Of a stretch of DNA of 64,000 bases, positions 38,801 through 53,159 are shown in pieces. The stretch covers positions 114,144,001 through 114,208,000 of the forward strand of contig NW_024704742.1 in the NCBI RefSeq assembly GCF_018977255.1, in the 5' to 3' direction. The position numbers and the translations under genes are program-made. The first letter of the stretch is position 1, and each line of letters begins with the position of its first letter. The notes beneath the pieces were generated by a model. It saw only the letters and a list, made by a program, of their open reading frames with translations. It did not search any database and was not told the origin of the DNA. Source of the stretch: Callorhinchus milii (Eukaryota).

Positions 38801-40192
38801 GACGGAAGAGGAGGGCCTTAAAGAAGGCAAGGGAAGGAGCGAGGCAAAGGGTCTGGGATGGAGTTTGAAATAATATTGAAACAAATCCACAGAAAAGTGT
38901 CTGTTTAATCTCTACCTATTCCTTGACAACTCAGATGGTTTAATGGAAATCTTGTGCACCAACCCATGTCCTCCTGCCCCTAGTTACAATTTGTTTGCGC
39001 ATTAAATTACTGGACGTCCATACAGGATCAATATAATAAATTTAAGAAATTCATGTTTAAAATTAGAATTATTTAGTCATCAGCGGGATATTGAAATCAT
39101 TAATTAGAGCTTTTTAATATGCAAATCGTGAATTCCAGGGGCAGATTTAAAAATGTGACATACAAAATTTTTAGACGTCAAAATATCTTGTGCTGGGCAT
39201 GAGATGCACTTTAATACTAGAAATACAAATCTGGTATTCATTCAGTCTCTGACCTGAAGTGTAATAATTTTAATGAAGTGTATCATCACAGCAGCAGTGC
39301 TGGTCTTGGTTTTAATTTTATAGCTGAAGGAATTTGCATTCAGAAATGAGCACTCTGGCAACCCACAGGCCGCTGCCAAGTGCTTGTATTGCCATTTTTA
39401 ATCTTATCCATTACCTTCAGTGCTTTCCTGCTGTTTTTCTTGTCTTCTTTTTGTTCTTGCCCTGGCAGAGAAAAGTCAGTGAAGTGTCCTCCCTTATCTG
39501 TACTAACGCTGCTCTTGATTCCCAAGATGTTTCACCATCTTATTTATTTCCTTCATAATTCCTCAGCGGAAATGTAGCCTCCACCTGACATCTGTCTAAG
39601 TGTAAGCTGATTAAAAGTTATGTTATCGAGAAGTCAGGAATTAATCCGTGTCTTTTTGTTCTGTCGCTTTTTTTTTAAATGTTTGACTCAGTTGGTAGCA
39701 TACTCGCCTCTAGGTCAGCAGGTTGTGAGTTCAAATTCCACTTATGGACAGCTGATAATCTGGGCTGACACTCCAGTGCAGTACTGGGGGAGAGCTGGTT
39801 ATCAAAGGGGTTGTCGGATAAAATGTTAAACCAATGTCATGACTGCTTGACCTCAGGTGAACATCATGACACAAAAAAAAAGGAGCTTCACCTGGATGTC
39901 TGGTCAAACAACCTATCAGATAATTTGGTCATTTTACTTCTTTGATTGAGGGACGTTGCAGTGCTCAAAATGGCTGCCATGTTTGCGTACAAAAGCAGCG
40001 ACTGTCACTATACTGGATAAGACAATTACACTAAATGCTTTGAGTTGCTTTGATATTTATAAACATATATTTCATCTTTATGCTAATAATTCTTGCGTTA
40101 GATGTAGCGCCTTACCACGTTGTCAAAATGACTCAAAGTGTTTAATTAGATTTACAGTAAAATGCAGTGATTCCACTTGGAGTCGAATTATA

Positions 40193-40368
40193 CAGTAAAC
40201 TCCTGATAACTCATCACTCCAAGGGAAAAGGTCTTAGTGATGAGTTATCAGGACTGGCGAATTACATATGTAAAAATACATACATTAATGCGGCTGGGAT
40301 ATATAGAGTGTGATCATTTAAGTGGTAGTGACAAGTTAATACAGAGTTGAATTATCGGGAATTTACTG
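40193..40368. mobile_element. MITE, Tc1/mariner-pogo (Tigger-like)
   Basis: TA|CAGTAAACTCCTGATAACTCA ... TGAATTATCGGGAATTTACTG|TA: 21-bp TIRs with 3 mismatches, TA target duplication. Confidence 0.8.
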
Positions 40369-40394
40369 TATTCTAAACTGACACAGCATTACAG

Positions 40395-40758
40395 GTGGAG
40401 TCCTGTAGCTCAGTGGTTAGAGCACTCCCCTCACAAGCAAGAGGACCTGGTTTCAATTCCCAGGCAGGGCGAAACGTTGGCCAAGTTTCCTTACTCCACA
40501 CGCCTTTGTTTGCGAGTTGGAACCCGATTGTTAGTCAATTGGCAGATTGCTTTTCCGGGGGTAATAATTCCTTCAAAAAAAAATAATAAAATTGGTCACT
40601 CATTGACTGCTTGTGGGACACTGCTATGCGCAATTGGCTGCCGCATTTTGCCCACAAAATATACACTCAATTCACTTTACAGTATATTTTGTGAAGTGCT
40701 TTAAGATGTCTTGAAGACGTGATAAGGCACTATATCAAATGCAAGGATTATTATTATT
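40395..40758 (+). mobile_element. tRNA-SINE, long variant
   Basis: Head with A/B boxes, central insert, Deu-like segment, hairpin tail, (TTA)n. Confidence 0.9.
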
Positions 40759-41206
40759 TAGTGTAAGATCATGTTGAAAAGAACAGAGAGAAGGCAAGAT
40801 AAATCAAGAAGTAGTAGTTAAGTGATGCCAACATGGTTTTAACAACCTGTTGGATTGAACCACTTTAAATATTGCTGACTGCCAATGGTATATGAGCCCA
40901 ACTATGGACAATCCTAAAAAATGATGTGTAGATGTTATTGAGTATGCTGCTTAGGGTTATATTTTTATAAAATATCATATTAGGTTTGAGGTGGAAGGAG
41001 GCAGGACTGTTGTGCAGAAACGTCATTATTGAGATATTAGTGACCACTTACAAACTATTAATTGATCATCTGCTTATATACAAGAGTATCTTAAGGAAAT
41101 TTGGAAGGCTAGGCTAGTTGATCTGATGATTTACTCCATTCTGAAATGATTACTCTGTAGTCTAAGTAGCCAGTTATATATAGATGTGTTTTCATCCTTT
41201 TTCTAG

Positions 41207-41360
41207 ATATGTTTCCACTGCAGAAAACCTGGGCATGGGATGGGAGATTGCCCAGAAATGGACATGGGAGAACAAGAGGTGGCTAGTGGTATATGTTATC
41301 GATGTGGCTCCACAGAACATGAGATTCTGAAGTGCAGAGCAAAAATTGATCCTGCTCTAG
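41207..41360 (+). CDS. ZCCHC9: ZCCHC9 coding exon 2 (knuckles 1-2)
   Basis: ttctag|ICFHCRKPGHGMGDCPE...GICYRCGSTEHEILKCRAKIDPAL(G)|gtaagt; 154 nt, phase 0 to 1. Confidence 0.97.
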
Positions 41361-41865
41361 GTAAGTCCTTCCATATAACCCCATATATGCATTAACTATG
41401 CTATGTCGGCATAAAAAAGTAAAGGCACAATTTAGCTCATATGAAGAATATTAGCACTATTTACTGAGAATACCATTTTATTATTTTAACGTCATGAGTT
41501 TGGAAGACAGGATAACTAATTGAGTTGGGGAAGTTCTTACCACAAGGGGATAAATGTGGTGTGTATAGATATGTGTGTGTGTGAATTGGAGTTCTGTTCA
41601 AAATTACTTTGAAAGCTCCCAATGGCTCCACTGATGAAGTTACTGTCCAGTGTGGAATTGAACAATACGGATCACGATAGTCCCACTTTCAATCTCTGGT
41701 GTGTGCTGAGTTAACTAATCTGATCCAGGGAGGTATCAGTTGTTACTATTTGCCAAATCGCCATATCCACATAATGTGCTGACAGCCTCCCCATAAACAC
41801 ACACACAGAACTGGTATTTTTACCTCAAAGGATGTCAATAACTAATGCTGCTTTGATTTTTACAG

Positions 41866-41958
41866 GAGAATTTCCATTTGCTAAATGTTTTGTCTGTGGA
41901 GAAGTAGGACATCTCTCGAGATCCTGCCCGGACAACCCAAAGGGACTTTATGCAGAAG
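41866..41958 (+). CDS. ZCCHC9: ZCCHC9 coding exon 3 (knuckle 3)
   Basis: ttttacag|(G)EFPFAKCFVCGEVGHLSRSCPDNPKGLYAE(G)|gtagga; 93 nt, phase 1 to 1. Confidence 0.97.
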
Positions 41959-44517
41959 GTAGGAATATCTGGGGGAGGGAAGGAGTTATGTATTTCACAC
42001 AATATTCAGTATTTAATCTAAATTAAATAGAAACAATAATAATGAAAGATAATATATTTTAACTTATTTTGTGAACTCAACAGTTAGGTGCTGGAGAACA
42101 CTTTTGCTGAGAATGAAACTATTTCAAAACACCGCTGTGGCTTTTAGGCCATGAGCAGCAATAAATAGAAAAGTGTAAAGTATCGATTTCTTACACATTT
42201 AAAAAAAAAAGTTTCGTAAGCATGGAAGAAGGAGAGATCAGTCTTAATCTGTAGTATTTTCAGTCTTAGAGCATAACCATTTTATGCTTCAGTCTTGACT
42301 GATAAATTTTAATACAATTTTTATGTGCTTAGAATATCCCACCTTTAGGTGCAGAGAAGTTGGTAAGACGCCAATTAAAACAGACCTGGTCTCCCTGTAA
42401 AACGCAGACCAGTCAAATGCTAGAGGCAGCTTCATGTTAATTTCTTTACTTTTGTGAGTCTGGTCTTATCTTCAACACTTGATAAATATCAATGAGAATT
42501 GAGGATTTGAGCATTTAATATAACAGCTGTTATGTCCAGATAGTTCCCTTAAACATAAAAATCCGTGTAATAGTTTCTACTTTGAATTTCATGAGCTTCA
42601 ACAACTCTGATTTTCAGTCTTACCAACTTCTGTGATGGATGTGCTTATAAGTCTTAGATCAGTGATAATTAGCTAACCTGTGCTCATGTAATTTGCAAAG
42701 TCAGTCTCCAGTATCCTGTTCCCAAGATCAAATTAGACATTTCTATTTTCTCCTTCGAAATGAGTGAGTATTTGGATAACTCAGATGTTTGTGTGAGTAC
42801 AATACTTGGAATAAAGTTTTGTCATGTGTGCCCCCAGCAACAAAACAACTTGCATTTTTATTGCACTTTGTTCCGTTGAAAGGCCAAAAAGCACTCTCAA
42901 GTATTGTGACTTTTTCATCAAAAGTATCAGCACCAGCAATACCACCAAGCAATTGTTAGGTTAGTGACTGCTTATTAGTCTCAGGAATAATATCTTGGCA
43001 TACAATATGTAGTTTGGGACACAACGTGTCATGCAATTGCAAGGACAGTGGAAAGCAAACTGAATGTCTTTCTTATGTTCTTATGCTTGTTGGCTAGGAC
43101 ACTGGGAAAAACTTCCTTCTCTTTTGAAATAGTGTCAAACTCATCATACCTTCTACAAGAAGTGTTTCAGGCAACTATGACTCCTCATACGTTCAGAAAA
43201 TTTGGTATTTGGGGTTTCAGCAAGCTCAGAACTTTCTGACCCACCAGTAAAAAAAGAGAGAATTTCTTGTTTCAAAGGCACAAAATCCAAAAAGTCCATT
43301 CATCACTAGTGATTGTTTCCACTTAAAAACTGTATAACCCCATAATTCCATCTGCTTTATAATTGTACTAATGATCTCCAGAAACAAAATAGCTAAAATT
43401 GTAGTTTTCTAAATGCAGTGGAATCTTTTTGGTAGTACAACATTTGTCTCACAATGAGTGTCACTCTATCAACTGACAGTCAGCAATGCTCGGGTTTGAT
43501 GAAATGGAGAAAGCAGCCAGTTCAATTGAACAGTTTGGTTCCTTCACAATTGCTGAATTCTTGACATTGATTCAGAGAGACTATTTCAAAGGAACTGCTG
43601 TGCCTTTTAGGTTGTGAGCCTTATCTGAGACAACTGTGTACTTCGTAAGGACGACTGTGATCTTGAAATTGGTTGTTTGCAGTAGGCGGATTGGAATTAA
43701 CACTTTTAAAGGGGCATAATTAAGAGAGTCAGTCAGTGTACATAAATAGATTAGGTGCTTCATCTTTGGACATCAATTTGCATTGATCTATACGTTCCAA
43801 GCCATTGATCCTTATTGGTTCAACAATGGAAGATTAGTGCTTTGTTTTCACAATAAACAGGAAGTAATTTTGGAATTCCCAAACCCATGAATTGGGAGAT
43901 TGGCACTTTTCACTATGTGGTCTTTCACTGTAACTGGGTTTCAATGCAGAACATTTTAGAGTAACCACAAAAACAATTCTGTTTGATGTATGGTTCAATG
44001 GAGCTTGCAATGGCTATCCCAAACCAGGCTTGACTAGGCGCTGAGGACATGGGTAAAGGAGCTGATTGAGGAAGTCATACATTTTGAGCTGTCAGAAATT
44101 GACCCTCACAAAGAAAACACTTAATCTCCTTAATCAGCTCTCCTTTATAGTAAAATATTAATTTTTCTACTCATAGCTAGAACTGGGACGATGAGCCAAA
44201 TCGTGAAAGAAATGTGTTTTCTTTCATAATGCAATGTTGTAATGTATACCCTACACAATTGTTTAGCTTTTTTAAGTAATGTATGATTGCAACAAGTACT
44301 GCAGCAAACAGGGTTATACTAAAACTGTCAGTGAGACATGAAAAGTGATGGCATTACCATCAGTTAGTAGTCAAGTTCTTCAGGAATGAGATGTAACTTA
44401 ACTTATGGTAGAAAATCTCATCCAAATATTTTTTTTTATTGCAGTTTTGCAAATGCTGAAAGATATTCAATACTTTGAGGCCACCTGCTAAATTGTTTGT
44501 TCGATGCTATTTTACAG

Positions 44518-44586
44518 GACGGTGTTGCAAGCTATGTGGCTCAGTGGAGCATTTTCAGAAAGACTGCCCAGAGCATCAGAACACAA
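44518..44586 (+). CDS. ZCCHC9: ZCCHC9 coding exon 4 (knuckle 4)
   Basis: ttttacag|(G)RCCKLCGSVEHFQKDCPEHQNT(S)|gtaagt; 69 nt, phase 1 to 1. Confidence 0.96.
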
Positions 44587-46011
44587 GTAAGTAAGACAAA
44601 ACATGAATTACACTGGGATTTCAGAGGAGACTACATATTGATCCTGGAGAACTAATTGACTATTCAATGCTATAATTGCTAACTAATGGCACCAAAACAC
44701 ACCATTAATGTCATCATTTCTGTCATTGGCAGTGGTACAAGCAGTCCGATGCTTCTTGTGTACCTTCAAAATGTAAATACATTGATGAAAAGATTGAGTA
44801 TGTGTAAATTACAGGTGTAATAAAGCCAGATTTGTATCTTCAGAGCTTTGTTGCTATAAGATTGTCAATTGGTTGAAACTGCCTTGTTACAGCTGTCAGG
44901 GTAAACTGGATAGGTTAGGCTTTTTTTGCTAAAGAGACGTTTAAGAGGGAAATACAAGTATAACGTAGTGACTAGGGGATCTAAAAGAGAATTTAAGAGG
45001 AAGTACTTCATGCAGAGGATAACAAGTTTGTGGAACTCACTGCCTGAAGTGGTGGTTGAATCAGATAGTATTCAAGAGGAGGCTTGTCCCCTGTCCTTTC
45101 ACACGAGGGACAGGGGAATAGAAGAATATGAAGGGAGTAAGGAGTGGGTGGAGACTTGTGTGGAGTATAAACACTGCATGGGCTGGTTAGTCCGATGGCC
45201 TTTTTCCAGCTGTACATTCTTTGTAAATCTTTGAAGCACCAGTCACCCGAGGAACCAGAGGATCAGAACCAGAACCAGAAGGAGGAAAACAGAGTGAGAG
45301 ATGGAATTTTCTGCCTTGAACCCCCACAGAATAATCTAGCTCACCCAGTGGCATAGTGGGTATGAAAGTCTCCAAATGCTTCACACAATATTAGCACTAT
45401 ACCATAGTACTAATACTTAATATTATAGATTTAAGGTAAATACTAAAAGAACAAAGATAAGTTAGATTTTTCTTTACACAGAAGGTCATTAGCACATCGA
45501 ATGACCTACCTAGAATAGTGGTTAATGCAGAATACATATTAGCTTTTAGAAAGGGATTAGATAAATATCTGGCAAAGCAGAAATATAAAACAGTATGGGA
45601 TAAAATGAATAACTTTTCCAGAAACCAGCACAGGTATGATAGGCCAAATGGCCTCCTTCTGTGCTGTATATTTGGTTGTTAGCCAAGAGCAGAAGGTAGC
45701 AAGTTTGGATCATGGTCCAAACTGTGTTAGTATATCTCAACTAGGGTATCAGTTTTGATGTTTAGAGTTGTCTTCAGGGCTTATGGACTAATAAAGGAAA
45801 AAAATTTCCCTTTCAGATTTCTCAGCTTGAAAATGGACAAGTATGGCAGTCGGCAGGGGGGAGGGGGTGGGGGGATGGAGGGGGGATAGGTTGGTTTTGT
45901 CGGTGATTTAGTCACTGTTGAATTGTCTGCCAAAGGTTACTTTCTTGGCTCACACACAAAGAATAGCCACGTGGATGAGATAGCAATGGTCTGGTACGTT
46001 ATGAAGGTATA

Positions 46012-46334
46012 GTGAAATCCTGCAGCTCAGTGGTTAGAGCACTCGCTTTGCAAGTGAGAGACCTGAGTTCAATTCCAGGCAGGGCGAAACCTTGGGAAGT
46101 TTTCTTACTCTACACGCCTAATAATAATCCCTCCGAAAAAACAAAACAATAATAAAATTGGTCATTTTCAATCCACGACTGTTTGTGGGACATTGCTGTG
46201 CGCAATTGGCTGCCGCGTTCGCCCACAAATATACAGTCAATTCACTTTACAGTATATTCTGTGAAGCGCTTTGGGACGTCTAGATAGACGTGAAAAGCGC
46301 CATATCAAAATGCAAGGATTATGATTATTATTAT
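46012..46334 (+). mobile_element. tRNA-SINE, short variant
   Basis: Near-identical to 61812-62137 except for the tail loop. Confidence 0.92.
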
Positions 46335-49300
46335 AGGTTAATTTTGTAATTGTGGTTGGGACTGACTGCAGGGATCAAATTTTACCAATTTAATTGGTTA
46401 GTTTAGGTCTCCTGTTCACAACTACAGAGAATTTACAACATCAAACCAAGCCATTCAACCCATCTACTCCATGTTGTTTATAATCCACATAAGTCTCCAC
46501 CCATCCTTAACCCCTCTCACTAGCCTAGGCTCCCCCCTATACTCCTCTACACCTTCTCTCACGTATGCTTCCCTCTCTTTCATGTATTATCATGTATTCC
46601 TTAGCCTCCTTCAAGTCCCGCCTCAAGGCCCTCCTCTTCGACCATGCCATCAACCACCCCACTTTCCCTCCCCCCCGACCCCTGCTCGGATCTGAATGCT
46701 GTACACTATCCAGCACCTTGGGACGTCCTCCCAACATGAAAGGCGCTATATAAATGTAATCTTGTTGTTGTTGTTAGTGGTATCTGGTTGTTCAGAGGAT
46801 ATTTGTATAGAGTTGCAATTTTCCATAGTGCGTAGGCAGGGAGCACAGTTATTGTAATAATACTTGCATTTGATAAAGCATAGAGAAATATGTCAAATTG
46901 ATTCACACAATGAAATGCTTTGAAATTTGTTGACTATTATGGATACAAATATGGCAGTTAATCTGTACAAGCAAAGTCACACAAACAGGAATGTTTAAAC
47001 GGGATATTTTGGTGTAGGTGAGAGAAGAATATTGGCCAAGAAACCAGGGGAACTCCTTGCTCTTCGCAATAATGCCATAGCAACTTTGATATCTGCCTAA
47101 ACCAAACAGAAAAGGCAGATTGGTTTAATTTTATCCAAAGGATGGCACCTCCAACATTGCAGCAGAGTGTTTCCCCAGTACTGCACTGGAGTGTCGGTCT
47201 AGATTATGACGTTTATATATTATACAAATCAGTATGAGAGTAACGAACCAAAAAAGGGGAGTGTATGTGTTAAACAGAACACATTTATAGTCTTCTTATC
47301 AAGAAATGCATTGATGGTTTATTGTGGATATGTCTATGAAACTTGTCAACCCCATTGCTTTGCCAGTGTTTAACAATTGGAAAATAAGTTCCTCTGTTGT
47401 ATTAACATAGAGAGAATACAAATTAAATAATACAAATTAAAAAGAAGTTGTATTGCATATAAGGTACCAGTTAGTCTCCACCTCAATTGCTCTTTGTGTA
47501 GTACTGGCGACTTAATATAGGAAGTTATTGCCCTTGAGAGGGTATAGAGATCAGCAACAAACATAATTCAAGTATCAGGACTTTAAGTTATGAGGAAAGG
47601 GTACGAAGGTTGGGCTTGTTTGGAAAAGAGATGTCAGAGTGACCCAAGTTTTCAAAATTATAAAGGGAATTTACAGAGATGATCCAGATCCATTATTCAC
47701 TACAGTGAAGGGTTCAAGTTCATGTTAAAACCTAGGAAATAAGAAATCTATTTGAATGTTCCTGTGGCTAAAATTTTGTAGAATACATTACCGGGGAAGA
47801 CCAGGAACTTCTCTGGCCAGTGCTATACCTTTAACATCTGGATCAGAAGAGCATACCATACAGAAACAAAATAGTAGTTTTTTTCCATCCTTACAATTTC
47901 TATGAGGGATGTTGCCAGATTTGGAATCACTGTCAATGGTGAGCAGCTCTGCATTGGGCCTCTCTAGATGTGATGGAGTTACTAAAAATAATTTAATGTA
48001 GTTGGCAGAGAGAAGAGCTTTATATCCAGTTTATCTGGCATTGTGGGTTCAAGCCCAGGTCCCTACACAAAAGGCCAGTTGTTAACCAACTGCTCTTTGT
48101 AGTTCACAAACCACTCTTATTTTGCTGGCTCAGTACAATATAATTGCCTGCCTTTAGAGGAATTTTAGGTTTAAGATACTTTTAAGTTATTGTTTTATCA
48201 TGTCCATCCTGATATTTCTTAGGGGACCTCTTTGTAATCTAATTATTTTCAGACAGATTGAGCAAACTATCATAAAAGTGTAAACAGACATTAAATGCTG
48301 GGACTGAGTTTCAAGGGTAATAATTCGATCAATATGTTTTTTATGATCCTGTTTGTTTCAGTGACTTACTCTTGTGTGACAAATGGTGCGATCTAAATGA
48401 AAGACCAGTAAAGATGATACGAGCAGACAACCTGAAGTTGTGTAGCATCATGGAACGTGTACTATAGTGTGTCTCACACTGCAGGGACCTACGTACTATG
48501 TACTATTAGGCATGTAGAAATTACCCTTTCTCTGTCAGGCCTATATTTCTCTCAAGTGCAAATAAAAACCCTATTGCACATGTGTTAAACAGAGTCAAGT
48601 GTAGTTCAATAACAAGAGAGCAAAACTTAAAATACTTGCCCAAACAATAAAGGGAAGTACGGGGGGAAACCTTCAACCATGAGGAAGATGTCGCAGTTGC
48701 TTTGTCCTATATGATGTTCACAAATTACATGTTACAGAATGGGTTGGATGTTTAGAAGGAGATAGATACTTGGGAATTAAGGATATTAAGATATGTGCAG
48801 AAAAGGCCAGGAGATTAATCCCAAGGTCTACTATGATTTAATAAAATGGCTAAATAAGCACAACAAACCAAATGACCTCCTCCTGTTCAAATGTGCAGAC
48901 TAATTTGAGTGGCCAATATGCCACTTTGTCCAGCTCTCCACTGTTGGTGGTTTAGTCTGGTGTCTAGAAGGTGCTTGAGAGCAGCTTGGCCATGATGACT
49001 CTTGCTCCACACTTAGGCTAAACTTGAGTCCCTGATATACTATTTGGCCTTACAGTTTAAGTTGCTTAGAACTGTGAAAGATTCTTAAATTCATTAAGTT
49101 GGAAGTCCCCTCTACAGGGTTTTAAAAAGAACCAGATTAAGACTGAATTTACGTTTTTCTACAATTTTAAGTTTTAAGACAAACTAGTATTGCAGGCTAA
49201 GGCTAAGATGAATTTCGAGCTCCTGGGACTTCCTTCAATGGCCTCCTAGAAGCAGCATAGCTCTGGAATCCTGTGACATACTACATTGTAGGACTGCATT

Positions 49301-49617
49301 TTGGCACTCCAGAGTGCAGCACACCATTTAGTTATCTCAGATGATTGCTGCTGTTGTATAAAATAGCCCTGTCTGAGCTTGTAGGGAATGCTATTATAGA
49401 ATGTAAAGAGTTAATCACAAAACCCTAGAGTAGAGTTTTACCCTTTTTGAAACAGCTACATTAAAAATAAATTACATCAATTCACTGCCGTTCTCACTCC
49501 TCAATACAACAAAGTTTGACATCTCTTGACATCACCACCACAGTGTGGTGGTTTTATTTCTCCCCCAAAAATTGTGTTTTGAAAATTGTCTCAATTCTGT
49601 AATTTCTCATTCTTCAG

Positions 49618-49739
49618 GTGACAGTGTTTTAACCGTTGGCCGATGGAGGAAAGGAATGAGTGCTGATTACCAAGAAATCCCAGTGTCTTCGAAAGCTCAA
49701 AAAGCAAAACGTAAAGCGCCAAAGATTGTTGTGTTTTAG
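49618..49739 (+). CDS. ZCCHC9: ZCCHC9 last coding exon
   Basis: tcttcag|(S)DSVLTVGRWRKGMSADYQEI...KAPKIVVF*; spliced CDS 399+154+93+69+122=837 nt = 278 aa + stop. Confidence 0.96.
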
Positions 49740-49936
49740 AAATAACCTTTGAGGATCGACCTTCAAGATTGCCTTTAAGTCACCTAAAAGAACATTTGTC
49801 CCCTTGATTTACGAATCAGAATATTCTGTTCAGTTTCTGTATCCTAAAAAGCTCTTTTGTACCAGCAGGTGGAGCCATTATGTACCAAATCCTGGACAAT
49901 CTCATTTTAGACTGAATTTGTAAATGTATTTCAAAT

Positions 49937-49942
49937 AATAAA
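49937..49942 (+). terminator. Candidate ZCCHC9 polyadenylation signal
   Basis: AATAAA about 200 nt after the stop, followed by GT-rich sequence. Confidence 0.55.
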
Positions 49943-50330
49943 TGGGCGTGTGTGTCTGCCTTGGGATGATATTCATTCCACGCAAGTTATTCCTAAACTG
50001 CAGCAGCAGACAATAGAAAACATGGTGTTGTACTCTGGGTTTTACACAAAATTATGATCTCACAGTTCACCATTGAAAATCACTGGTTTGTTTCATGGTA
50101 TTTGACAAATCAGGAACCTCCTACATGCAAGTGTTTTGGCTGGTAGTTTACAGGATCTGTCTGCACCTCCAAATCTCAATGATCTAGGCTGGACACCCAT
50201 CAACAGGGCTTTGGATTAATTCAGAGTTGTATGTCTTTGCCAGGTATTTCACCTTGGAGCCGGTTCAAGTCCAGGGAGACTTTGCTTCCTCCTCCAAGAA
50301 AAGATATTATTTAAACATGGTACTCATTTT

Positions 50331-50528
50331 ATAATAATAAATAATAATCCTTGCATTTGATATAGCACCTTTCACATCTTCTAGACGTCTCAAAACGCTT
50401 CACAGAATATACTGTAAAGTGAATTGACCGTATATCTGTGGGTGAAACATAGCTGTCAATTGCGCTTAGCAGTGTCCCACAAACAATCGTGGATTGAAGT
50501 GACCAATTTATTATTGTTTTCTTGAGGG
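50331..50528 (-). mobile_element. 5'-truncated tRNA-SINE
   Basis: Reverse complement of the family 3' half. Confidence 0.85.
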
Positions 50529-53159
50529 ACTGGTTTTACATCAGTCTCCGGAGGGGAAACACAGAATTTTCTGATCTCCAGTTTGGTATTCAACCAACTG
50601 AGTCACCTGGGTGATGTGTCTCACATGTGTTAGCGACCTGTAACAAAGTCTTTCTTAAGGTTATTTTGATGCTCATATGATGCAAATTGAGTGTACTCGG
50701 TCCTGTTCAAACGCTGAATAGAGTTAGTTAAGCATTGCTGTGAAAACACAAACACCCAGAGTTTCAAGGCTTACATATATTCAAAGCACTCAAGTTGCTT
50801 GTTAATATAGTCACAGTCTCATTATATACTCAATTTGCTCTGGAAAATAGATCATAAGGTTATAATTTGATTTCCCTGCTGTCTACACTGAAAGCTAAAG
50901 GTGCTTGAATCAGAACAAATCCAGCACTGACATCTTCTCATGGTATATAGGAAGTGTGGGGCAAGGCTTATTCTGATCTGAGCATGTCACCCATCAGTTT
51001 CATAGCTATTGAACAATTGTATTCAAAACTATTGCAAATTTACAGCATCTGAATTTATATGATCTTAAATGCCTGAAGAATATTGTTAAAATTATGAACA
51101 TTGTATAACCTTTATACATATATTACCAATCTATACTGTATTTTATTCTGCAAAACACTGCAAATTACTGAATAAATGAAAGTTATTGAAATGCACCTTA
51201 ATGCACAAATGTACAGCTTCCAGATGTTTTCAACTGCATCTAATGGAATAGGTTTAATTAAGTTTCTTTCAAGATTGACATTTATAGCAGGTTACACACT
51301 GTTTATATTTCCTTATAGGAGCATAGGAATGTACAGGCCTGGAAAAGACTACTGGTCCATCTGGTCAATATGTAAAAAAAACTAGGTATTTTTCTTGTAT
51401 CCCTCAATCGATTTCTTTGCCAAATAGTACTGAATTCTTTATGGTGTCTGATATGGAAAGTTACATTCTACGGAACTGCATGGTTTGTCCACAACCCAAT
51501 GGACTGAAAGCATTTGAATTTTGCCCTGAACAAACACCCTCATATAATATGCATCCTCAACCATTACCCCAAGTCATTGCTGCAACAAACTACCATTGAG
51601 GAATTATTTTTCTGAGGTCTTTGTTCACAAGCCAGAATTGATGCTGCAGTTGCTTTCATAGATTCAAGGAAATGACAAACAATTAGAATTCAGTGCGAAT
51701 TGTGGTAGCTTTTGACACCGAGTTCTTTCAATACCCTCCTTTAAAAAAAAGGCATGCACCAGGTGTGCAGTGTCAAGCAGAAAGAGTTTTTATAAGACTA
51801 CAATGCACCAAAGGACTGTTCTCTACACCAAAGGCCTATGTAATAGAATATTCTTCTCACTCCCCCAACCTAGCCACTAAATATAGTGCTTGAAATGGAC
51901 AATAAACAAATCCAGAACTAAATCTGGTCAGACTGGAATGAACCAAAGTTCTGATAAAGGCTATGCTCCAAACATGACCACTATCCTGCTTGGAGGAACC
52001 AGAAACAAGGGAAGTAAATATATTGGACATAAATATTTTTAATAATTTAAGTCTTGCTTGATATCTAAATGGGCGTTATGTCCCAGCAATATATTTCCAA
52101 TGTGTTTCAAACTTGCCGACAGGAGGGACAGGAAAGCCCTAGATACATGGTGTTGTAAAGGACCAGATGGAGTAATGCCAATACTGAAGCCTAATTTATT
52201 TATATGATGATACCGTTAGTATCATTGATAGCTATTTAAGCAATTACACTATAATTATGTATTATAATGCAAGGCAGTGAACAAGCCATTTTTTTCTTAT
52301 CGAGTATATTGTCTTGAGACACCTGAGAGATTATTAGGGTAACCAATAACCACTCAACCCCATGCCAAGATAGCCACAGGTAACATGGATGCAGTTTTTC
52401 AAAGGTATAAGTTAGTTAAATGGCCTTTCACATGTATTTCACATGTAAAAAGAGCCAAGGTAGTAAGTTCTCTGGGAAAAAGATGTTAATGGTTCACTAT
52501 GATTGTGATGAAATGCAACCCTCAGTAAAATACTGCATAGCTAAGACTCCTACTGCTTCATAACTGCTCATTTCTCATTCTGGTCGGAATCTCAAAAGCT
52601 ACTGTACAAAAGCCTAAATCTAGCATGACTATCTTCAGTGTGAAGAAATTGAACAGCCCCAGATGTTAACTGCAGCTAATTGCAGTGCAAATGCGGTGCC
52701 AACCTCTCAGCTATGAAACAAAAACCTATGAGAGTAAATTATTTACGAAGCTGATTTCCTGGAATTAGTATCACTGCCAGATTATCCTGAAGATAAATCA
52801 ATTAATTTATGAAAACAATTTACCTCATAGGTAGACAGTGCTGGCACTGGGAATTAATCAGTGCAATGAGTGTTCCACTTTCATCAACCTTTTTCTCTCT
52901 ATCTAGTCGGTGATAGTTTGTGATGGATGTGAGACACCTTTCTGCTAATGTGATAATTTGATAAGTCTGATAGATTTCAGGTTTGTGATGTTCCTATTCC
53001 TGTGTTGACCAGATCCAATGGATGTTATTTTGTCAAATGTTCCTTGTACGAAATAAAGTGTGCCTTGTCTTATTTTGTCCAAAGTTCAACTGAGGTGTTA
53101 AATTCGACCTGGTGCTGGACTTAAAACTAAAGACTGTTGCAAATATTATCAATTATCTC

